This document shows, one piece after another, positions 33,965 through 44,084 of a DNA stretch of 64,000 nt (position 1 is the first letter of the stretch; each line of letters opens with the position of its first letter). This stretch comes from an uncultured Verrucomicrobiae bacterium. Its GTDB lineage: Bacteria; Verrucomicrobiota; Verrucomicrobiia; Limisphaerales; JAFGQR01. Position numbers and translations under genes: made by a program. The stretch is taken from NCBI GenBank assembly GCA_963788655.1, contig CAWBHS010000090.1, positions 133,431-197,430 of the forward strand, read 5' to 3'. The notes below the pieces were generated by a model. That model made no database searches. It was not told the DNA's origin and was given only the letters and a program-made list of their open reading frames with translations.

Positions 33965-34157
33965 AGCGCTAGCGGTGAACCGTTCTCAAATTGGCTTCGA
34001 TTGTAGCTGATTTGAGAACACACGATCAACCGGCCCCCTGGCCCAATATCACACCCCGACACCCCTTCCGGCACCACATTCCGTAGGTGGCTGAAGGCCG
34101 TTCCGGTCGCCGCCTGGTTCGGATCTGCCCGACACCCTCCCCCGAGGTTGGAATCCC

Positions 34158-34188
34158 GTAGGTCGGGTTAGCGAAGCGTAACCCGACA
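34158..34188 (+). repeat. GTAG-type REP
   Basis: GTAGGTCGGGTTAGCGAAGCGTAACCCGACA. Confidence 0.85.
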
Positions 34189-34613
34189 TCGAGCAATCGC
34201 ACATACACAGTTTCGGTGCCGCCGAACGAACCCCGTCGGCGCGCGCAGCGCGCCCTATGTCGAGGCTCGTGCCACGCGTCCAGCGAAAGGCTGAACGCGA
34301 AAGGGCTCTGACCTCTTTATGCTTGAAGATCGAAACGCCGGGGATACGGTACTAACAAGAGTTGACGAAGAGCTCGGCAAGAATGTGAATCATTTGTCAT
34401 CGACCTATTTTGCCAAGGCCGCGCTGGGCGTAACGTGTGGGCTATCGAGCTTCATAGGGCGGGCTGTGCCCGCCGAAGCATTTCCGACCGTCACGCATAC
34501 CGAGGACACGTGGCGCCAACGTAATCGATGCCTGCGGCGCGCACAGCGCGCCCTACGAAAACGTGGTCTGTCCCGGTTTTCCGTCGGGGTGCGTGGCCCG
34601 ACCCCGACACGGC

Positions 34614-35693
34614 TTACAGCAGCCGCGCAATCTCGTCGGCACTTTCCAGCGCCCCCTCGATAATCCCGCCATACTCCCGGGCCGCTTCCGTGCCGGCCAG
34701 CGACAGGTAACCATCCAGCACTTGCCTGGGAGCCGACGGCGCATAATGCGGGTGCTGATGCGGTCCGGCCAGGTCCGCCTCGGTGGTGGTATGCGCCTCG
34801 CCGCTCCAGTCCTTGACGATGATCTTTTTGACTTCCCTGGCCCCGGGCCCGAAGAGCTGCTCGAGCTGCGCCATGCTGGCCTCGATCAACTGCGCCTCGC
34901 CGATCTGCCGGCGCTGCAGCGCATTGAGCCCCACAAACGAGGTCAGGGCATAACCTGCCGCGGCGCCCGATGACGCATAGGGCGAGCCGTCATAGACCTC
35001 GGTCAGCGGCCCACGCTGACTGAACGCCTCGCCAGACAGACCCTGCTCACGCCAGAACGGCGCGTCATATAGAAACAGGATTTTGCAGTGCCCGGCCATC
35101 CAGGTCGGCACGGCCTGCCATTGCCGCCGTATCGCCTCGTCCACATCGGGCGTGAGCTCGACAGACTCCGCCAGCAGGCGCAACGGCATGGCCGCGATCA
35201 CCTTCCCGGCCTCGAACTCCGCGAGCGCATCACCGCTGCGCGCGGTGACCGTCCGCGTGCTCGCGTCGATCGCGCACACCTCGGTATTCAGATGAATCGA
35301 CGCACCCAGGCCATCGGCCAGCGCATCCACAATCGCCTGCGCGCCGCCGACGATACGGTATGACTCGCTGTGCGGCGAAGGCCCGGCGTGTCGCTGCACA
35401 CGGCCATCCGGCCCCTGCCGCAGGCTGTCGCCGTCAACCGTTTGTGCAAAGACCTCGATATCGAGCTCTTCCAGCAGCCGGGACAGGCGCGGCTGCAGTT
35501 GCGGCCACACCCATGCCGGGCCCAGATCGACACGGGCGTTGCGCTCCGCATCGGTCCGCTCCGACACAATCCGTCCGCCCACCCGATCCCGGGCCTCGAG
35601 CACGCTGACCGGGTAACCCCGCTGCTCCAGAACCCGGGCCAGGTACAGGCCGCTTAAACCGGCCCCGATGATGACAACGGAATCACGACTCAA
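34614..35693 (-). CDS. Flavin monoamine oxidase family protein
   Basis: GAGLSG, EARDRVGGR, DLGPAWVWP, AGTE..GGIIEGALESA. Confidence 0.88.
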   Translation of the reverse strand: MSRDSVVIIGAGLSGLYLARVLEQRGYPVSVLEARDRVGGRIVSERTDAERNARVDLGPAWVWPQLQPRLSRLLEELDIEVFAQTVDGDSLRQGPDGRVQRHAGPSPHSESYRIVGGAQAIVDALADGLGASIHLNTEVCAIDASTRTVTARSGDALAEFEAGKVIAAMPLRLLAESVELTPDVDEAIRRQWQAVPTWMAGHCKILFLYDAPFWREQGLSGEAFSQRGPLTEVYDGSPYASSGAAAGYALTSFVGLNALQRRQIGEAQLIEASMAQLEQLFGPGAREVKKIIVKDWSGEAHTTTEADLAGPHQHPHYAPSAPRQVLDGYLSLAGTEAAREYGGIIEGALESADEIARLL

Positions 35694-35739
35694 GATACGA
35701 CACCGGGTTCAGCAAATGCCCCTGCTTGCGCCATACAGA

Positions 35740-35801
35740 GATAAAGGGGTCGGTGACAAATGCGAATCATCAATGTTTTCAGTTGTCACCGACCCCTTTA
35801 G
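35740..35801. repeat. Hairpin element, copy 1
   Basis: TAAAGGGGTCGGTGACAA-N23-TTGTCACCGACCCCTTTA, perfect 18-bp arms. Confidence 0.9.
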
Positions 35802-35807
35802 TTCCCT

Positions 35808-36062
35808 TCCACCGTCCTGGGTACGCTTGAGTTCGATGACCACCGGGTTTCCCTCCTTGTCGAGACCAAGAAGGTCGATTCGCCGGCGGCTATTCTCCCA
35901 GTCGCCAAATTCTTCCGAGATAATCAGCGTGTCCGGCGCTATGACATCGATCTGCCGCTTGAGCAGCTGCTGGATGTGGTCACGCTCCCTGAAACCGGCG
36001 TCCGCGAAACTGGTTGACTCGGTCTCGCTCAACCCAGTATCTGTGACTTGATATATGGCCAT
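35808..36062 (-). pseudogene. NucS/DUF91-like PD-(D/E)xK nuclease, 3'-truncated
   Basis: RRIDLLGLDKEGNPVVIELKRTQDGG, then ends at the hairpin; the paralog at 39626 continues GGHMELQ. Confidence 0.8.
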
Positions 36063-36148
36063 GTCTGCATTCCCTATTATGAGCGCCTTATGCCGGCGGG
36101 GGAGATTGGTCTATCGTTTCCGCTCCACAGCATCGGTACGTTCCCGGG

Positions 36149-37363
36149 TTAGACTTCCTCTAAAATTCTCTCCAGCCGCGGCCTGAACACGTTTACGAAT
36201 CGGTTGATGCGATCACGGAGGAATGCCTTGATGTCATCCCGGTGCTCCGATGCGCGGATATCCGGAAAAGATTTGCGAGCCGCAATCGCATGCTTGGCGC
36301 CATTGCTTTCCCAGCTCACCTCCACTCCCAATTGTCGTTCGATTTCGTCCCGCTCCTCGAGTAGGCGCGGATACGCTACATCGCCGAAGCCACCCCGGAC
36401 AAAGGTTAGAAAGACTCCAACTTCGTTGCGCGCACGAAGGAAATAGACCGTCAACCATGCCTGACTGCTAGACGGTGGCATTTGAAAGAATGCGTTTCCG
36501 ACCTTTGTGACCTTTGCCATTGGCTGTGACGGATCATCCAACCGCAGCGAACCGAGAAACTCCTCCCAGAACTTTTGGTAGAAAACCTCGTCTGCGCTCG
36601 GCACGCGGTCAGCATCTTCCGGCTCGGGGGTTTCCTCCACGACGACTTGACCTTCCTGAAGAGAAACAACCGATCGTTTTATGATCACCGACTTCGCTAT
36701 CACTCTGGGCTCGACCAATAGCCCGCCCCCGGGCCAGCGAAAGACGCCAAGCTCGACCAGCCCGAACGTGAAATGCAAATTGGCAAACCGATCTAGAAAC
36801 TCCGCGATCGCGCCCACGCCCTCGCGGATTCCGTCTCCGACGATCACCAGCAGAAATTCGCCCTTACGGAGCGAACGTGCTACGGCGTCGTGAAACGTTG
36901 CTTCATCAAGACCTGGGTGAACGGAAGCAACTATGTCGTGCAGTCGGTCGCCCGCCCTACCCGTCGCCTGAGATATTGCACGCTGCAGGTCTTCATACCC
37001 CCACCGCGAAACCTCCTTGGCGTAGTCCAGTATTTGGCCGACGACCTTTCGCCGCGCCTCGGGGTTGCGCCAGAGCTTCGCCTCGAGAATGGCTAACTTC
37101 CCCTGAGGTGTGACGTAGAGAGCATCTATTGGGCCCGCAGGGGTGTTCAGTTCTCGACAGACGGGAATCAGCCCCAAGTACGCCCGGTCAATTTCCGCAA
37201 CGGGAAGACACTCAGGATGCTCGAAAACGAGAGCCTGTAGCCACGCTTCGTCAAAATGCCCGCCATTTGCTGCCCCCGACAGTGGGACGCGCTCCAGCGG
37301 CTCGGCGCACCCGTCTTCCGGCACCACAAGCGGTGTCGCATACTGAGAATCCGCTATATCCAC
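36149..37363 (-). CDS. NucS-like PD-(D/E)xK nuclease with DUF4268-like C-terminus
   Basis: DEAWLQ, GPIDAL, ILEAKL, RKVVGQILDYA; C-terminal YQKFWEEFL...ERDEIERQLG. Confidence 0.72.
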   Translation of the reverse strand: MDIADSQYATPLVVPEDGCAEPLERVPLSGAANGGHFDEAWLQALVFEHPECLPVAEIDRAYLGLIPVCRELNTPAGPIDALYVTPQGKLAILEAKLWRNPEARRKVVGQILDYAKEVSRWGYEDLQRAISQATGRAGDRLHDIVASVHPGLDEATFHDAVARSLRKGEFLLVIVGDGIREGVGAIAEFLDRFANLHFTFGLVELGVFRWPGGGLLVEPRVIAKSVIIKRSVVSLQEGQVVVEETPEPEDADRVPSADEVFYQKFWEEFLGSLRLDDPSQPMAKVTKVGNAFFQMPPSSSQAWLTVYFLRARNEVGVFLTFVRGGFGDVAYPRLLEERDEIERQLGVEVSWESNGAKHAIAARKSFPDIRASEHRDDIKAFLRDRINRFVNVFRPRLERILEEV

Positions 37364-37392
37364 AGCCCCCTCCCAAACAAGTTCGCACCCGA

Positions 37393-38295
37393 TCAGCCAC
37401 CTTCGTAGGCACGCCGGATCAGGGGCTTCGCCTTCTCCAGGTCCACGACGGTGCCCACCGTTAGCTCCAGGTCCCCGGTCCCCCAGTGCCCGATCTTGCG
37501 CACGTCCCGTGTGAACCCCTCTTCCGATTTCACGGTATCTGGATCCAGGGAAAGTATGAGCAGCAACCTGCTCTTTTGGATCACCACAGACATGAAGTTG
37601 CGAAGCCGCTTGAAAGCAACGTAAAGCTTAAGATCCTTTCGCTGGACGTCGTCTCCCAGCGAAAGCACGTAAGCTTCGAGCGAGTCGAATAGCTCTCGGA
37701 TTTCCGGACCCATCTCGACCAGCGCTTGCACGAGGGGCTTATCCCCACCTGACTTGGCCGCCTTCGTGGGCTTGACCACCGATCCCGAGGCTGTCGTGGC
37801 ATTCACCAATTCAAGCAATAGCAAGTCCGACCCGAACTTCTTGTAGCGAACCAGCTCAATGTTTCGGTTCATCTGCTGCACGGCGTGCGAGTCATACTTC
37901 GTGAAATCGCTCGCGATGCACACTAGGCGGGGCGCGGACCAATCGAGCGTGTCTGCGACCGCATGGCCCAGCCGCTCCATCACCAGGAGCTTGAACTCCG
38001 CCTGATGATCCATAAGCCAATCGAGATAAAAGAGGCCCTGGTTGATTACGTTCTCGCTGACGTAGCGCTTGTACTCGATGATTACCGGGCAGGCATTTTC
38101 ATCCAAACCGAGGCTGTCGATGCGCCCGCCATGCGTTTTTCCCGTGGAGTATTCGGTTGCTAGGAACCGCACGCCCAAGAGCGGCTCCAGATTACTCTCG
38201 ATCAGCGCCTGCAACGGCTTCTCCAGATCGGAAGCCTCTCCTTTAAGTTCTATTGCTTGATCTGCAGATACTTGGAATAGTTTGATATCGCTCAC
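37393..38295 (-). CDS. DUF91 (NucS-like) plus DUF5655 domain protein
   Basis: EKPLQ, GRIDSLGLDEN, IIEYKR, NQGLFYLDWL; C-terminal KLYVAFK, RDVRKIGHWGTGD. Confidence 0.82.
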   Translation of the reverse strand: MSDIKLFQVSADQAIELKGEASDLEKPLQALIESNLEPLLGVRFLATEYSTGKTHGGRIDSLGLDENACPVIIEYKRYVSENVINQGLFYLDWLMDHQAEFKLLVMERLGHAVADTLDWSAPRLVCIASDFTKYDSHAVQQMNRNIELVRYKKFGSDLLLLELVNATTASGSVVKPTKAAKSGGDKPLVQALVEMGPEIRELFDSLEAYVLSLGDDVQRKDLKLYVAFKRLRNFMSVVIQKSRLLLILSLDPDTVKSEEGFTRDVRKIGHWGTGDLELTVGTVVDLEKAKPLIRRAYEGG

Positions 38296-38420
38296 GAAAT
38301 GACTTCCTCAGGAACCCCCAGATCACCTACGATCTCCCGAAACTGCTCCAGCGCCGCCTCCAGGTCCTCCACAATCTCCTGGGCGATGACTTCCGGCGCC
38401 GGGAGATTGTCCGACTCCGA
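38292..38420 (-). pseudogene. hsdM: Last about 42 codons of a type I methyltransferase (HsdM)
   Basis: SDNLPAPEVIAQEIVEDLEAALEQFREI, a typical HsdM tail; begins at hairpin copy 2. Confidence 0.72.
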
Positions 38421-38422
38421 AG

Positions 38423-38484
38423 GATAAAGGGGTCGGTGACAAATGAAAACATTGATGATTCGCATTTGTCACCGACCCTTTTAG
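38423..38484. repeat. Hairpin element, copy 2 (loop inverted relative to copy 1)
   Basis: GATAAAGGGGTCGGTGACAAATGAAAACATTGATGATTCGCATTTGTCACCGACCCTTTTAG. Confidence 0.9.
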
Positions 38485-38570
38485 TCGCTTTATTACGTTA
38501 TTCCCATCTTATGCCAACCGGATTATCTTGGTTGAAGAGGTCGGTGACATTTACGAATCAACTTGAATGT

Positions 38571-39626
38571 CTATAACGTACTCTCGGAGCATTCGATACC
38601 GTGATCGCCAAAAGCCTCAACTAGCTGCATTAAGCCTTTCTTTGCCCGAGCACCCCATTTGGCGGAAACGGCATAGGTACGGCCGTTCGCGTAAATAAGT
38701 TCGTTATCAGCAAGAAAATAGCGCATGCGCGCTGGGTCTTTACCTTCCTTCTGCCATCGTTCGATTAGCTGTTGCTCGAAGGCTTCCGACTCTAATCGAC
38801 CCTCAAAATCCGCAAACAGGCTTTTCCGCCATGCAAGCGCTTGGCGAATCTCCTCTGGATCCACGCCTTTTTCGCACAGATAACGCACGACTTGGAACAC
38901 GGCTTGTTCTCGCCGCAATTCTTTGAAGGTCTCTTGACCAACTGAAACATCAAAGCGCGCTACATCAGGCATCGAGGTGCGTGAAGCTCGTGAACGTCGC
39001 GCTTTTTCACCCAAGCTAACCTGATACTCCGCCGCCTCCGGCAGCGGTATCAGTTGCTGCACATCTAGAAGCGTGTCGTCACCATATTGGTACGGTCGCA
39101 TACGAACGCAACGAATATTTAATCCACGTTCATTTAGCCACAACACCGAGGTCGTAATCTCCTTTGAAAACTCGGCACTTGCAAGAACGATGCGTACGTC
39201 TTGCGCGAACCGATCTTCCTCCGGCTCATCCCACTCCAAAAATGTCAAAAGACTTTCGTATGCATCTTGATCCGAACCAATCGATTGCAAGTAATTCTCA
39301 AAAACGTCACCGCTCGCTCAAAAGTCATCGCCGATATCATTGCGGCATATCGCAGGGATTGAAGCTCCATATGTCCGCCATCGTCCGTACGCTTTAGTTC
39401 TATAACGACCAAATTACCCTGTTTATCGACCCCTAAAAGATCGATCCGCCGATTGCTGTCCTCCCACTGCGAGAACTCTTCACAAATCACCAGCGTGTGC
39501 GGCGAAATAACTCTATTTGCGCTTTCAAAAACGCTGTAAGTCCTGCCGCTCGCGCAAACCCGCTTCAGCGAAACTAGTTTGGGACACTGTATGCAGCCCG
39601 GACTCGGTGATTTTATAAATCGTCAT
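38571..39626 (-). CDS. NucS/DUF91-like nuclease (frameshifts near 39530 and 39300)
   Basis: MTIYKITESGL, RRIDLLGVDKQGNLVVIELKR, ELQSLRYAAM, FSKEITTSVLWLN, QLIPLPEAAEY. Confidence 0.78.
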
Positions 39627-39743
39627 GATATTACTGCGCCCTGCTCCGGGTATGCGCGGGATAAACTATCAGTACTCCCCGACCCTGCGCGTTGAGTGGT
39701 TTACCAGCGTACACCTGGCCACTATTGGCCTGCCCTGTGAAAG

Positions 39744-40656
39744 TCAAAGTTCTGCAAAAAAATCGATATCGACCGCTTTGATTTCGTACGATTGCTTAGT
39801 GGTCACGCCCACGCAATGCTCGATCATCAAATCCGCTAACGTGTCTGCGCCGATTAGAATTATTTTCGCGTCGATCGCTCCTACGTACTCGATCGCTTCT
39901 TTCGAAAAATTCGAAGTGGTGATGAAAACGCCTTTCCGCGCGCGTTTACCTTGTAATGCACCGGCGAATTTCTGGATCTCTGGGCGCCCCACGGTCGCGC
40001 CGTCTTTCCAACGTTTCGCCTGTACGTAGATGATATCCAGTCCAAGCCGATCTTCTTTGATGATACCGTCAATGCCTTCATCGCCGCCGCGCTGGAAAGC
40101 TTCCCCCGCCTCCTTTCGGGACCCGCCGTAACCCATTTTTACCAGCAAATCGATAACCAAACGCTCGAACGATTGCCACGATACGGCTCGCACTTGGTCC
40201 AACAATTCCGCGACTAGCTCGCGGCGTAAGCTGCGCATATGCCACATCGATCAACTCATCCGGCGTGGCAGAGGACTCTGTTGCGTCCTGCTCCCCCGCA
40301 TCGGACTGCTTTTTCGACGTGCGAAACTCCTGAAATTCCGGGAATTGATCCAAGTATTTATTGTCTATCCGCGATGGGTTACTTACCAATACTTGCTGTC
40401 CGCGCGCAGTAATGCGAAACACACCGCGGCGCACCGAATCGATCAGACCCGCTTTCTTCAAATAGGTGCGAGCCCATCCTACGCGGTTATCGAACATTGC
40501 TTGATTTCCACTAGGCAGCAGCTCCTCACGCTCATCGCCCGTTAATGAGAAAAAGTCGGCAAGCGAATCCCGTAATTGCGCGATCGGATGATCCGCGCCG
40601 TCTTCTAACTCGCGCAGGAGAGGCAGCATGATCGATTGGTAGTCTGGTATAGCCAT
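39744..40656 (-). CDS. mrr: Mrr type IV restriction endonuclease (frameshift near 40235)
   Basis: MAIPDYQSIMLPLL, NRVGWARTYLKKAG, GGDEGIDGII.EDRLGLD.IYVQAKRW. Confidence 0.93.
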
Positions 40657-40797
40657 GAATTCCCCCCGGGAGAACGATCTAATTCGTCTCAAGTCAGAAT
40701 TGAACGTGGTGACTCGCTACTTTTTGTTTATTAGCGTTATTCGTGGTTCGACTCTGATTTTCGTTATGGTGAACACTCGAAAACGGAAGAAAAACTC

Positions 40798-40909
40798 GGG
40801 TCGGAACACAGTTTTCTCTACTACAGTTGGAAACTTGATTTACCACGTGAATTTATCTAGTACGCGAAGCGAGCGCGTTTCTATATTAGCGTTTATTGTG
40901 TTCCGACCC
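40798..40909. repeat. 13-bp inverted repeat GGGTCGGAACACA/TGTGTTCCGACCC
   Basis: Arms at 40798-40810 and 40897-40909; resembles the arms of the 35740 and 38423 hairpins. Confidence 0.75.
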
Positions 40910-40918
40910 CGATTGTTC

Positions 40919-40939
40919 TTGATAATCCGGTATGGCCAT
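40919..40939 (-). pseudogene. Seven-codon stub of a second mrr allele
   Basis: ATGGCCATACCGGATTATCAA = MAIPDYQ, synonymously different from the intact mrr start; just downstream of hsdR. Confidence 0.7.
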
Positions 40940-41012
40940 AACCCCCACCACCATTTTTCACTTGTTCGTTGTTACTTCGATCAAACGCAGGAAAGTCAGT
41001 CAACGTGCGGAT

Positions 41013-44000
41013 TTACTCTTGCTCCCTCACTCGCCGGAAAATCTCCTGCGCCAGGTGATCATGGGCTGCCGAGCGAAACTCCGCATCCGTCATCACTCGA
41101 GAGAAGATTTCTTCGTTGCCTTCCATGCGCGCGATGAACAATTCATCCAGCATGCGATCGAAATAGGCGGCGAAGTTCGCGAAGTTGTTGGCGCGGGCCG
41201 CCTCCGCGATATTCTCGTCGTTTTCCGCCGAGGCCCGGATCTGGTCGAAGAACAGCTGATCCGCCTCAGTGAAGTCGGTGCCGAAACGCTCGTTGAGGCG
41301 ATCGATCAGGCTTGAAAGGGCAACCTCCTCGTCCTTGACACGCGCCGGTGCCCACATCGGTCGGCCCCTTCAGCGGATAGGCCTCCCCCTGCGACGAGGT
41401 CGATGGAGCCCTCGGTCATCTGCTGCAAGCCGGAAATACCGCAAGCGCCACCTCATCATCCAGCACGAAAGCGTGACCATCACCCGGCGGCGGGAGCTTC
41501 GCCAAGAGATTCCGCACAAAGGTGTAGAGCCGTTCGAGATCGCTGTCCTGGTAGGGGATGATCTGCGACAGGAAGGCGTAGAGGTTTCGATAGGCCGTCA
41601 ACTGGCCGCGAAATTCCTCCCGCTCTTCTTCATCCCGGTCCTGAAAGCGCTGCACGACAGCATCGAGCACGGCGTTCATCACCCGATGATCGCTCGCCGA
41701 GTGATCACGCTTGCGGCGGTACCAGACTTCGGCGAAGGCGGTCACATCGGCCGGCGTGAAGATCGCCCATTCCAGCAGGCGGTGTTGCAGCTCCGAGAGG
41801 CGCTGCGGATCGGCATTCTCGCCGACAGGCGTTGTCTCATAGTAGGGCTTGAACGCCTGGTAGATGTCATCTTCCTCGTTGGCGAAATCGAGCACGAAGG
41901 TGCGCGACTTGCCGGGCGCGATGCGATTGAGCCGGGAGAGGGTCTGAACCGCCTGCACACCGGCCAGCCGCTTCACCACATACATGGTCTGCAACAGGGG
42001 CTGATCGAAGCCGGTCTGGTACTTCTCCGCGACCAGCAGAACCCGGTAATCCTCCCGCTCGAAGGCCTCGGGCAACTCGCTCTCGGCAAGCCCGTCGTTC
42101 ATCGCCACCTCGGTGTAGGACGAACCGGGATCATCCGGGTCTTCGACCGTTCCCGAGAAGGCCACCAGCGATCGGATGCCGGTGTAGCCTTGATCCTTGA
42201 TGTAGCGATCGAAGGCGAGCTTGTACTTCACGGCCGCCAGGCGCGAGCCGGTCACCACCATCGCCTTCGCCCGCCCGCCGAGCTCGTGCATCACATAGAG
42301 CCGGAAATGCTCCACGATGACCGAAACCACCTGCTCGATATTGACCGGATGCAGCTCCAGGTAGCGCGTCAGGGCCTTCGCGGCCTTCTTGCGCGGCACA
42401 TCGGGATCGTTCTCGACCTGCTTGATCAGGCCGAAGAAGCGTTTGTAGGTGGTGTAGTTCTGCAGCACGTCCATGATGAAGCCTTCCTCGATGGCCTGGC
42501 GCATGCTGTACTCGTGGAAGGGCGACGCGCCGGACGGGCCGGGCTCGTCGAACAGGGCCTTGGTCTTGAACTTCGGCGTGGCCGTGAAGGCGAAGAAGCT
42601 GAGGTTCGGCTGCCGGGCGCGCTTGAGCGCATCGCGCAGCACCGCCGCCTTGGCTTCATCGGAGAGGTCGTCGTCCTCCTCCTCGGACAGCTGCGCGGCA
42701 ATGGCCGCCTCGATCCCGTGCTTGTTCAGCATGCCCTTCAGCGCCGTCGCGGTCTCGCCGCTCTGGGACGAGTGCGCCTCATCGACGATGACGGCAAAGC
42801 GCTTGCCCGCCGTGTCGATCTTCACGCCACTGCCCTTCTTCTCCAAGGTCGAGAGCGCCTGCGAGATGAAGGGGAACTTCTGGATGGTGGTGATGACGAT
42901 GGGCGTACCCTGGGACAGCGCACGGGCGAGCTGCTGCGTGTCCTCGTCGATCTTCTCGACCACGCCGGTCTTGTGCTCGAACTGGTAGATGGTCGCCTGC
43001 AACTGCTGATCGAGCACGCGCCGGTCGGTGACGACGATGACCGAGTGAAACACCTTCTCGTCCTGCGCGTCGTGCAGGCTGGCCAGCCGATGCGCGAGCC
43101 AGGCAATGGAGTTCGACTTGCCGGAGCCGGCCGAGTGCTGGATCAGATAGTTTCGGCCCGCGCCATGGGCCCGTGCGTGCGCCACCAGCTTGCGCACCGC
43201 ATCGAGCTGGTGATAGCGCGGAAAGATCATCGTCTCCTTGCGCACCGTGCGCACGCCCTTGTCGGTCTTGACCTGCTTCTCCTTCACTTCCAGGTGCATG
43301 AAGCGCTGCAGGATTTCCAGCAGGCTGTCGGCCTGCAGCACCTCATCCCAGAGGTAGTGGGTCTTCCAGTTGCCCTCGACGGGCGGGTTGCCGGCCCCGT
43401 GGTTGTTGCCCCGGTTGAAGGGCAGGAAGTGGGTCTCCTTGCCCCTGAAGCCGGGTCGTCATCCAGACCTCGTCCGGGTCCACGGCGAAGTGGACCAGCG
43501 CGCGCTTCTTGAACGCGAAGAGCAGGTCGCGCTCGTCCCGATCGACCTGATACTGGTGCATCGCATCGGCGGCGCGCTGCCCGGTGAGCGGATTCTTGAG
43601 CTCGGCGGTGACCACGGGGATGCCGTTGACGGCCAGGGTCACGTCGATAATGCAGCGCCGGTTCTTGCCGTCGGCCTTCTTCATGACCGAGGTGAAGGCG
43701 ACCTGGCGGGTGATCGTCAGCCGGTTTCTGGCATAGTTCTCGGCCGCCTCCGGGTTCATGCGGGTGTTCGGCCGGAAATAGGCCATGCGGAAGGTCTTGC
43801 CGTAGCATTTGAAGCCATGGCGAAGGACATGCAGCGTGCCCTTGATCTCCAGCTCCTTCGAGAGGCTGTCCAGCACGGTCGCGACGTCTTCGGCCCGAGC
43901 AGCGCCTCAAGCGCGGCCCACTTGGCCGGCTGGCTGTCCTTCAGGAAGCCGGCGACATCCTCGGGGAAGAGCGCCAGCGCCTCGTCATAGGCGCTCGGGT

Positions 44001-44080
44001 TGCGCTTCTCGATAGCCGCCGGAACTGGTCAGCCCGGCCTCGATAGCCGTCTCGAAATCACGTTCCGTATGGCCGGGCAT
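41013..44080 (-). CDS. hsdR: Type I restriction enzyme R subunit (several frameshifts)
   Basis: AELKNPL, FPRYHQLDAV, QHSAGSGKS, VDEAHSSQ, AFTATPK, KYQTGFDQP, AVQTLSRLNR. Confidence 0.93.
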
Positions 44081-44084
44081 GAGC

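Noticed and set aside
19736..41013. Integron cassette array
   Set aside because: No intI, genes are in mixed orientation, and the hairpins lack recognisable attC RYYYAAC/GTTRRRY ends
41269..43512. 747-aa plus-strand ORF
   Set aside because: Antisense shadow of GC-rich hsdR, with no motifs
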